Assembly: GCA_001600695.1 (NCBI GenBank)
Contig: BCKQ01000003.1
Span: forward strand, 1,206,940-1,270,939
Origin: Ascoidea asiatica JCM 7603
Lineage: Eukaryota; Fungi; Ascomycota
DNA: 64,000 bases
Direction of reading: 5' to 3'
Both the position numbers and the translations under genes were made by a program. The notes beneath the pieces are model-generated. The model ran no database searches. It was not told the origin of the DNA and worked only from the letters and a program-made list of their open reading frames with translations. The stretch's first letter is position 1. Every line of letters starts with the position of its first letter. Positions 12,784-22,284 of the stretch are shown piece by piece.

Positions 12784-14508
12784 ATGGCAAGACCAACATT
12801 CAGAGATCAATTAAAAGGGTTTCCATTTTCTCAAATAGTTATAATTGGCATAGCAAGAATATCTGAACCAATCAGTTTTTCATCTGTATTTCCATATCTT
12901 TATTTTATGATTAGAGATTTTCATATTTCTGAAAATGAATCGGATATTTCAAAATATACAGGATACTTTGCTTCCGTTTTTGCAGTTGCTCAAGTATATT
13001 CAACTATAAAATGGTTTCAATTTAGTCAAGCTTATGGAAGAAAATTATCTTTAATGCTAGGCTTGCTTGGTACTGCCTTTTGTTCAATCATTTTTGGTTT
13101 ATCTAAAAATTATTATATTGCTTTATTTGCCAGATTTCTACTAGGTATATTAAATGGTAACGGTCAAGTTCTTAGAACTGCTGTAAGTGAAATTGCAACT
13201 GAAAGAAAACACCAAGCAATGGCTTTTAGTACTCTTCCATTAGTTTGGTATGCAGGTTGTGTAATTGGACCTATAATCGGAGGTGGTTTAGTCAATCCTG
13301 CACTTAATGATCCATATTATGATGATATTCCTTCAAAAATTACTAGAAGTATACCTAAATTGAAAATAAAAACACATAGAATTTTTGAAAAATTTCCTTA
13401 TTTTTTACCAAATTTAGTTTGTGCATCAATTCTTTTACTGGGAATAGTTATTATTTTTTTTTTTTTTGAAGAAACTCATCCAAATTGTAAAAATAATTAT
13501 GATTTTGGATTAGATCTAGGTTATAAACTTTTAACATTTTTTGGTATTAGAGATAAAAATGAACAAAAACCTTGGGAAGTACAAAAACGAGTTCGCAATA
13601 TTTATAGTGATGAAAATACTTCTCAATCAAGAATTGGAACAGAAACAGAAACAGACCCTTTGATAAAAAAAGATAAAACTAATAACTCATTAGAAGTTCA
13701 AACTAGATCAGAAGCAAATTCTGATATAGAAGAAGAGATATTAGATGGATCATCGATTCCATGGAAAGAAATATTTTCGAAATCGGAGAATTGCACATTA
13801 ATATTTTGCCAATTTTATTATTCAATATCGGAAAATATATATATGGAATTTTTACCTGTTTTTTTATCAATTGATTATTCAAGAGAAAGTAAATTTCCTT
13901 TAACTATAGCTGGAGGATTTGGATTTAATACCGAAATGATTGGAAATCTATTTTCAAGAACTGGGGTTATTGGAGTTTTTATAATTATATTTGTCTTTCC
14001 TTTAATTGATAGACATTTTGCACCAGCTAAAACACTAAGATTTTTTCAAATGATTTATCCATTTATATTTTTTCTAATACCTTTTGCAATTTTTTTATTA
14101 CCAGAGAATTTATTTAATGAAGATTTACTTCCAAATGAAGAAAGAAGATTAATATTTGTTAATTTTGCATTATATTTGTTTGGATTAATTAGATTAGCTT
14201 GTGATTCAATCTATTATCCAACATTAGTTTTATTATTACATATTTCTACTCCAAGGAAATATTCAGAAGTTATAAATTCACTAGCAATTTCGGGTTCGGC
14301 ATTAGCTAGATTTATTGGTCCTATAATTTGGGGAAATTTAATGTCATTTTCGGTTAAATATGATATTGGCTGGTTTAGTTGGTGGGTTTTAACATTTTTA
14401 ACAATAATTGCTGTAATTCAAAGTCGTCAATTAAAGAAAGGTAAAGGGAACAAAATCATGACAGAAGAAGGTGAATTTGAATCTAATGAAGATATTGAAG
14501 TTGCATGA
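12784..14508 (+). CDS. MFS transporter, YCR023C/ZIFL-like, copy 2
   Basis: Collinear paralog of copies 1 and 3 (EIATERKHQA, FPYFLPNL, ARFIGP). Confidence 0.9.
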   Translation: MARPTFRDQLKGFPFSQIVIIGIARISEPISFSSVFPYLYFMIRDFHISENESDISKYTGYFASVFAVAQVYSTIKWFQFSQAYGRKLSLMLGLLGTAFCSIIFGLSKNYYIALFARFLLGILNGNGQVLRTAVSEIATERKHQAMAFSTLPLVWYAGCVIGPIIGGGLVNPALNDPYYDDIPSKITRSIPKLKIKTHRIFEKFPYFLPNLVCASILLLGIVIIFFFFEETHPNCKNNYDFGLDLGYKLLTFFGIRDKNEQKPWEVQKRVRNIYSDENTSQSRIGTETETDPLIKKDKTNNSLEVQTRSEANSDIEEEILDGSSIPWKEIFSKSENCTLIFCQFYYSISENIYMEFLPVFLSIDYSRESKFPLTIAGGFGFNTEMIGNLFSRTGVIGVFIIIFVFPLIDRHFAPAKTLRFFQMIYPFIFFLIPFAIFLLPENLFNEDLLPNEERRLIFVNFALYLFGLIRLACDSIYYPTLVLLLHISTPRKYSEVINSLAISGSALARFIGPIIWGNLMSFSVKYDIGWFSWWVLTFLTIIAVIQSRQLKKGKGNKIMTEEGEFESNEDIEVA

Positions 14509-15363
14509 TTTTTTTATTTAGTTTTTTGATAGATAAACATTTTTTGACTAAAATATTTAGTGTTTGATCTTTAATATATAAGAAATATTTTAAAAAGCTG
14601 CTAGCTTCTCTGGATATTCTTTTTTTTTTTAATATAGACTAATGAATCTGATCAAATAAATTGAATTTGAACTTTAATTAGATTATGCCAAAACAAATTA
14701 CTTTCATCGGTCGAATTTTGTTCAATAATGAAAATACCTTCAAATTTAAACTGCATTTCAGATTTTAGAATTTAAATTAGGGTATGGACACACCATATTT
14801 AGTGCATAACTTGGTGTGTCCTAAATTTATCTCAAAATAGGAAATTTGCCGACGCTTCTGGGCGTACGTTGCGCTTGGAAAAACATCTTCAGCATTGTCG
14901 AAATTTTTGGTCAATTTGAAAAAATTGTCTAAAGTTTTAGATATTGGAGATAACAAAATACCCGAGAATGATTCACAAACCTAATTAGTTGATTTCTTGT
15001 TGATTTGTCATAATTTCTAGAGGTTGTTCGAAATGATTGGCACCTGAAGCTTTATTTAATTTCTAATATGTTTTTTAATGGTCGAAGATTACTCATATGT
15101 CTTTTACACTTTGTATTTCTCAAAGATAAAAAAACAGCATATAAATTTTGATATGTTCAAATATCTTTATTTAACAATACGACTTTCTTTAATAGAAATA
15201 AGTTTAGAAGAAGATAATAATACTTGGATAAAAAAGATGATGATAAGTCCTTACATTTTCTAGGATTAAATAAGGATCATACAAAATAGTTATTCTAAAA
15301 CATTGATTCAAATATCATTATCAATATCAGTATTGTGGTAGATAATATACAGCATATATAAAA

Positions 15364-17115
15364 ATGGCAAGAGAATCATTTCGCCAGCAAATGAAAGGAT
15401 TTCCAATTGGTCAAATTTTAATTCTTTCAATTGTTAGATTAGCAGAACCAATAAATTTTTCATCAGTATTTCCATATGTTTATTTCATGGTTAGAGATTT
15501 TCATATAGCTAAAAGTGAATCAGATATTTCAAAATATACGGGATATTTTGCTTCAGCATTTTCAATTGCCCAAGTTTTTGCATCAATTAAATGGACACAA
15601 TTTAGTCAAATTTATGGTAGAAAATATACAATAATTTTAGGTTTAATTGGTAGTATAATTTGTACAATTTTATTTGGATTATCTAAAAATTATTATATTG
15701 CATTATTAGCCAGATTCCTGATGGGATTATTGAATGGTAATTTACCAGTAATTAGAAATACAATTGCTGAAGTGGCAACAAAAAGAAAACATCAAGCAAT
15801 TGCATTTGGTAGTATACCATTAACTTGGTATATTGGATGTGTAATTGGACCATTAATTGGTGGTGGTTTGGTAAATCCAAAAGAAAAAGATGAATATTAT
15901 AATAATACTTATAATAGTTATTTGAGTAATTTTTTAAATAATCATTCAATTTTTAAAGAGTTTCCATATTTTTTACCAAATTTAGTATGTTCCATAATAC
16001 TTTTTTTCGGTTTAATAATGATATTTTTATTCTTAGAGGAAACTCATCCAAAATTAAAAAATAGGTATGATTTTGGTTTAACATTAGGAGATTATATATT
16101 AGTTTTATTTAATATCAGAGATAAAAGTGATAAAAGACCATGGAAATTAACTCCTTTTTCTTCCTCTTCATCCAATTTATCTTCTTCAAGGTTAATTAAT
16201 AGAAATGAAGAAGAACCTTTGATAAATTCGGATTCAAATTCAAACTCAAATTGTAATGAAGAAAATTATAATATTAAAGATGACGAAGAAATATTAGACG
16301 GTAGCTCAATACCATGGAAAGAAATTTTTTCTAAAAATGAAAATTATAGATTAATTTTAGCAAATTTCTATCTTGCATTTTATGATTTAGTATTTCTTGA
16401 ATTTTTACCAGTTTTTCTTTCGATTGAATATTCTAATAAAAGTAAATTTCCATTTATTATAGCAGGAGGATTTGGATTTAATTCAATAATGATTGGAAAA
16501 TTACTAGCAATCACAGGTACAATTGGAATTTTTTTAACAATTTTTTTTTATCCATATATTGATAGAAATTTTGCACCTGTTAAAGTTTATAGAACTATTC
16601 AAATGATTTATCCAATCATACCATTTTTTTTACCATTAATGATTTTTTTATTACCAGAAAACTTAAATGAAAATAACAATAACAATAACAATGATATAGA
16701 AGATAGAAATTTAAAAGTTGTTTATTTTTTTTTATATTTTTCAGAAATTTTAAGAACAACATTAGATTCAATATCATTTCCAACATTATTTATTCTTTTA
16801 CATATTGCAACACCAAAAAGATATTCAGTTATAATTAATTCATTAGCAATTTCATTTTCATCATTTGCAAGATTTATTGGACCAATAATTTTTGGAAAAT
16901 TAATTTCAATTTCTGTTAAATATAATATTGGGTGGTTGAGTTGGTGGATTTTAGCAATAATTTCTATAATTTCATATATTCAAGGATCTTCATTAACAAA
17001 AGGAAAAGGAAATGAAGTTTTAGATCATTCAGAAGTTGATGGAGATGAAAATGTAATAGAAGAAGAAATAATTTTAGCAGAAGCATTAGAAGATGAATCA
17101 AATATCATTGTTTGA
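15364..17115 (+). CDS. MFS transporter, YCR023C/ZIFL-like, copy 3
   Basis: Collinear paralog; MGLLNGN, KHQAIAF, EETHP. Confidence 0.9.
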   Translation: MARESFRQQMKGFPIGQILILSIVRLAEPINFSSVFPYVYFMVRDFHIAKSESDISKYTGYFASAFSIAQVFASIKWTQFSQIYGRKYTIILGLIGSIICTILFGLSKNYYIALLARFLMGLLNGNLPVIRNTIAEVATKRKHQAIAFGSIPLTWYIGCVIGPLIGGGLVNPKEKDEYYNNTYNSYLSNFLNNHSIFKEFPYFLPNLVCSIILFFGLIMIFLFLEETHPKLKNRYDFGLTLGDYILVLFNIRDKSDKRPWKLTPFSSSSSNLSSSRLINRNEEEPLINSDSNSNSNCNEENYNIKDDEEILDGSSIPWKEIFSKNENYRLILANFYLAFYDLVFLEFLPVFLSIEYSNKSKFPFIIAGGFGFNSIMIGKLLAITGTIGIFLTIFFYPYIDRNFAPVKVYRTIQMIYPIIPFFLPLMIFLLPENLNENNNNNNNDIEDRNLKVVYFFLYFSEILRTTLDSISFPTLFILLHIATPKRYSVIINSLAISFSSFARFIGPIIFGKLISISVKYNIGWLSWWILAIISIISYIQGSSLTKGKGNEVLDHSEVDGDENVIEEEIILAEALEDESNIIV

Positions 17116-18069
17116 ATGAAATATACCGAACTGTATATTAAAAAATATTGAATAATTTTGAGATATATTGAAATCCGAGAGTCCGCGAAAAATGAAAATT
17201 GAAATTTAAGCTGTTTTGATGTGGAGGAGCTCGGAAAAACTCTGGAAACAAAAGGAATAATGATAAAAGAATATTATCATGAAGAATTATGAATAATTAA
17301 AAATACCAATAAATAATTAAAATAAATAAATAAAATATGAATAAACATGAATTAAATAGTAAGGAAATTAAGACACAATTATGACAAATGTCATTGTAAA
17401 AAAATGCTGAAATTACGCGAGTTATGCGAATAGTCGTGAATGTAGTCGAGGAGCTGTTCGAGTTCAGCAAGAAAAAGGTTAAAAAGAGATTAAAAAAAGT
17501 GGATTTGTTCGCCGTTGAATTAGTAGTGAAGGTGGCTCGAGTGGTATCTTTGGTTCATTCACTAGTTCTTTCACTGATAGTATATTGGGTATCTTTGGTT
17601 TTATTGGTAATTCTAAAATCTTTAATTTCCTCAAAGTTTGTAGAATTTGAAAATTTTGGGAATAAACTCATTTTCATATCCAACACTGTTTCATTTATGG
17701 CTGGCAATGAAATAAAAGACTCTTCCCCCAAATATTCTCATACAAGTAAACATTATTCAAGATTGTCAGAGTACAGTAGTCCATCTTTATTAAACTCATT
17801 ACGTTTATTCCTTTAACTCTCTTTACTTCTATTAATTTTATTTGTCGTTTGTTCTCTGACTTCATTTTTGGCATTTTTGTCAATTTTTGTCATTTTTTGA
17901 TGGATTTTATTGAATTTTTTCAATAATTTTTAGCCATTTTTCTTCGCGTAGCTTCGGTACCCTTCCCAGATATTTCACTTTTGTTTTATTTTTACAGGGC
18001 ATTAGGGCTCTGTTTGGTTTGAGTGTGCACTTGTTTATTGAATTGTAACAAGCATTTGCAAAGAAAGCA

Positions 18070-18190
18070 CGGGGTGCTCCGGAAACTTCGAGCACTCCCC
18101 ACCCGTTATGAAAGGGGGAAATGGCTCCTCTTGTTTGAAGTTTGTGTGCCTCAGAAGTTGAATCTGAGCTTGAATCTGGGGAAATTAAAT
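18070..18190 (+). promoter_or_regulatory. GC-rich upstream region of the reductase with STRE (AGGGG) and Mig1-like (CTGGGG) sites
   Basis: AAGGGGG near 18112, CTGGGG near 18176, TATATAAA near 18318. Confidence 0.45.
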
Positions 18191-18521
18191 GGAAATTTAT
18201 TGGAAATTAACTGCATTTTTTCACTTGTTTCTTTTTCTACAATTGTTTAATCCGATGAAAAACAATAAATAAAAAGGAAATAAGGCAGATTTTCAGATAT
18301 TTCTTATTTTCTAATCATATATAAACCTCCCTGATTCCCTTTGATTTTAATTTCAACTCAAAGATTTCTTTTTTTACTTATTATTATTTCAATTTTAAAT
18401 ATATTACAATATTAAACAATATTATAATATTTATATATTACAAACAAACATTATTATCATATAATCTTACTCTTTATCCTCTTTTTTACTTTAATTAATC
18501 TCATCTAATTATTTATAAAAA

Positions 18522-19499
18522 ATGTCTTCTCTTGTTACTTTAAATAACGGTATTCAAATTCCATTAATTGGTTTAGGATGTTGGAAAATTCCAAATGCTA
18601 TTTGTGCAGAATCAATTTATAAAGCAATTAAATTAGGTTATAGATTATTTGATGGTGCTTGTGATTATGGTAATGAAAAAGAAATTGGTCAAGGTATTAA
18701 AAAAGCAATTGATGAAGGTTTAGTTAAAAGAAGTGAATTAGTTGTAATTTCAAAATTATGGAATAATTTTCATGAACCAAAAAATGCAAAATTAGCTTTT
18801 ATGAAATCTTTAAATGATTTAGGTTTAGATTATTTAGATATTTATTATATTCATTTTCCAATTGCACAAAAATTTGTTCCTTTTGAAAAATGTTATCCAC
18901 CAAATTTTTATTGTGGTCATGATAATGGTGATTGGGAATTTGAAGATGTTCCATATATGGATACTTATAGAGCTTTAGAAGAATTAGTTGATGAAGGTCT
19001 TATTAAATCAATTGGTATTTCTAATGTTCCAGGTGCTTTAATTCAAGATGTTTTAAGATCTTGTAGAATAAAACCAGCTTTAGTTCAAATTGAACATCAT
19101 CCATATTTAGTTCAACAAAAATTAATTGATTATATTCAATCTCAAGATATTCAAGTTACTGCTTATTCATCATTTGGTCCTCAATCTTTTATTGAATTAG
19201 ATTCTGAAAAAGCAATTAATGCAGTTACTTTATTTACTCATCCAACTGTTATTCAAATTGCAAATAAACATATTAAATCAACTGCTCAAATTTTATTAAG
19301 ATGGTCAACTCAATCTGGTATTTGTGTAATTCCAAAATCTTTTGATGAAGATAGATTAATTGAAAATTTACATAGTGACAATTTCCAATTATCTGATGAT
19401 GAAATTAAAACTATTTCTGCTTTAGATATTGGTTTAAGATTTAATGATCCTTGGGATTGGGTTCCAAATCCAAAACAAAAAATTCCAACTTTTATCTAA
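18522..19499 (+). CDS. XYL1: Xylose/aldose reductase (AKR2B; XYL1/GRE3 type)
   Basis: [45 protein letters not shown]. Confidence 0.92.
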   Translation: MSSLVTLNNGIQIPLIGLGCWKIPNAICAESIYKAIKLGYRLFDGACDYGNEKEIGQGIKKAIDEGLVKRSELVVISKLWNNFHEPKNAKLAFMKSLNDLGLDYLDIYYIHFPIAQKFVPFEKCYPPNFYCGHDNGDWEFEDVPYMDTYRALEELVDEGLIKSIGISNVPGALIQDVLRSCRIKPALVQIEHHPYLVQQKLIDYIQSQDIQVTAYSSFGPQSFIELDSEKAINAVTLFTHPTVIQIANKHIKSTAQILLRWSTQSGICVIPKSFDEDRLIENLHSDNFQLSDDEIKTISALDIGLRFNDPWDWVPNPKQKIPTFI

Positions 19500-20259
19500 G
19501 TTATTTGAAGTCTTTAAAAGAAAGTCTTTTAAGTTTCTTTTACTTAATTTAATAATTTAAATTTTCTTTAAATATATATTTCAATGATTTAAATGATTTT
19601 TTTATATGATTTTTATATAATTTTTATTTGTCTTTTATGACTTTTATATGATTTTTATATGATTCCAATGTTTTGAAATTTTACTCTTTTTATATAGTCT
19701 ATAGATTCTCCCATCAATAGATTTTTCGTCATTTTATTTTATTGTTATCAATTCGATTGTTTTGTAAACAATTCAAAAATATTTATTACTATCTCTTTGA
19801 TAAAAATTAAAAAAATTTCAGCCTGACTAATAATGATAATAATAGTAATAATGATACTAATAATAATTATTGATATTCAATATTCCATAATAAAGATTAC
19901 ACTTGGCATACAAATACAGTATGTTGTGAAGCCCAAGCACTTCGAGCTTAAGTAAGGGGGGTTGCGTCTGACGTGAAATATATTACGTAATATTTTTATT
20001 CCATATTACCAAATTGTTACTGCACACGTTGAATATGGGGCCCAGCTGTTTTTTTAATGGAATTTGGATGCAAAGATAATAATTATGGGATATAAAAGAA
20101 TAAGTATAAAAGATTGTGAAAGTTAGTGAAATAATGTAAATGAATTGAATTAAGTATAAATGAAGAAGTAGTTAGTTCATTTTGTTTTTTAAAAAGAAAA
20201 TTGTATTGTATAACGCTATTTAATTGGAAATATAGAATAATAATAATAATTTAACTGAA

Positions 20260-21159
20260 ATGGCATATGAACTAGAATTACTTCATTATCCACCAAAGTC
20301 ACAAAGTATACAAAATTCAAATAATTCAGATAATAATGAGTCAACACCAATATTACTAGTTCATGGAATTTGTCATGGAGCTTGGTGTTGGGAGAATTGG
20401 TTAAAATGGTTATCAGAAAAAAATAGAGATGTTTATGCACTAAGTTTAAGAGGTCATGGTAACAGTCAAGGATATGGTGATTTAGACTCATTTAGTTTAG
20501 AAGATTATGTTGATGATGTTATTAGTATAATTGAATTGAAGATTAAAAAAAAGGTAATTTTAATTGGACATTCAATGGGTGGTATAATTGTACAAAAATT
20601 GATTTTTAAAAGAAATGATTTAGTTAAATTGAATATATTATTAGCTTCTTTACCACCAGATTCAATGAATTTTTATGATTTATTTAATTTGGTTTATAAA
20701 ACTGGGTTTGGACTATTAGCTACAAAAAAAGTTTTAATGGCTCCTTCATATAATCAAAATGATAATAACAAGACTCATCCAAAGCTTGTTAAAAATATAT
20801 TAACTTTAGAAGAGACTAAAAAATTAGCATTTTTTAATTATAGAATTCCAGAAGAAGATTGTTTAAAATATTCAAAATTATTACAATTTGAATCAAAAAC
20901 TGCAATTAATGAATTAAGTAAAGTTAATTTAATCGAGTATAAAAAAAATTTAAAAGAAGAAATTAAATTCCCATTAACTTTTGTAATTGGTTCAAAAGAT
21001 GATGTTTTATTTAATGAAAATTCATTGATTAGAACTGGAAATTTCTACAATACAAAAGCATATATCTTACAAGAAGGTTGTCACGATTTAATGCTTGATC
21101 CAACTTGGGAAAAAGTTGTTCAAATTGTTTTGAATAAAATTAATGAGTATAATTTATAG
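20260..21159 (+). CDS. Alpha/beta-fold hydrolase of bacterial-type family
   Basis: HG..HGAWCWE, SLRGHG, GHSMGG nucleophile elbow, GSKDD acid, CHDLMLD His. Confidence 0.85.
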   Translation: MAYELELLHYPPKSQSIQNSNNSDNNESTPILLVHGICHGAWCWENWLKWLSEKNRDVYALSLRGHGNSQGYGDLDSFSLEDYVDDVISIIELKIKKKVILIGHSMGGIIVQKLIFKRNDLVKLNILLASLPPDSMNFYDLFNLVYKTGFGLLATKKVLMAPSYNQNDNNKTHPKLVKNILTLEETKKLAFFNYRIPEEDCLKYSKLLQFESKTAINELSKVNLIEYKKNLKEEIKFPLTFVIGSKDDVLFNENSLIRTGNFYNTKAYILQEGCHDLMLDPTWEKVVQIVLNKINEYNL

Positions 21160-22284
21160 ATTAATATTGATTACAAATTAAAATAAACAAATTTTCGATT
21201 TGATTCTCAATTCTCGATCATCAGTTCTCGGTATTTTGTTAAGAATCCATCTCCTTGAGTACCTCGAGTACCTTGGCCACCATTGAGTACATATTGAGTA
21301 CCTTGAGCTCTTTTAATGCTTTATTTTCATTAATTTGCTTCTTTAATCTCGCCAAATTTAAACATTATTTCTAAAATAACGAATTAAATAGATTTTTTGG
21401 GTGGAGTGAATGAGACCTAAAAAGGTTTATGGTCCGTTGCTATTTACACGAGTCAATCCCTACACTTATCGTATTAGCTTGCACATCGGAGGGTACACTA
21501 AAGTGGTCCCCACCCAACTAATGCAAAGCATACCACCAGCGCTGGCGACCTTTTGCTTTCATGATTGTTAGTTCCGACCCACGGAATCTTTTGCTCGTGC
21601 AAATAGATAGCCCTGTACCTTGTTTTGGATCCTTTTTGACCATTTTGTTTACTTTATTTTAGAGTATTTTAAAGTATTTTCAAAATATTTTGTTTTATTT
21701 CATTTATTTTCAATTAAATTTAAAAAACTGGGAAGTACAGGACTCAGAAAGAGAAGCAAGATGAAATGTTACAGTACAATGAACAGTAGCAGGAACAGAA
21801 GAACTTCACCTATACATAGACAACTAAAACTAAAGGATATTTCTGACGAATAAGCAGAGAAAGACAGGGAATGAATTTCAAGTTAGTAATATTAAAACAA
21901 ATAAATGATTATGAGTATCTGCATTCAACTAAGACTTTCCACTGGATCTAAATTTTATAAATGTCCAGGATTATTTTTAAGGGTAATTGTTCAAGGATTA
22001 TTTTCAAGGATTATTGTTGAGTATTATTATTAAAGGCTTATTAAGGGTATTCATTTCTTATCAACAATTTTTATCAGCCACTGAACCATTATACCACTAA
22101 ATCATTCAATCATTAAAGTATTAAATCTTCAACCTTGTTTGATTTAATCTTTGAAAAATAAAAAAAAAATATCAAATATATAAATATAGTCCAATTATTA
22201 AAGGATTATTGAAAATTATGTTCTGATTTTTTATTCTTTCAATATTATATATAGAATGGTAATAATAATGATAATTCCAACAAA

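Noticed and set aside
18071-18098. Hairpin GGGGTGCTC/GAGCACTCC resembling SRP helix 8 or a TPP riboswitch start
   Set aside because: Lacks the SRP CAGG/AGCAG internal loop and the TPP CUGAGA/CUUGAU motifs
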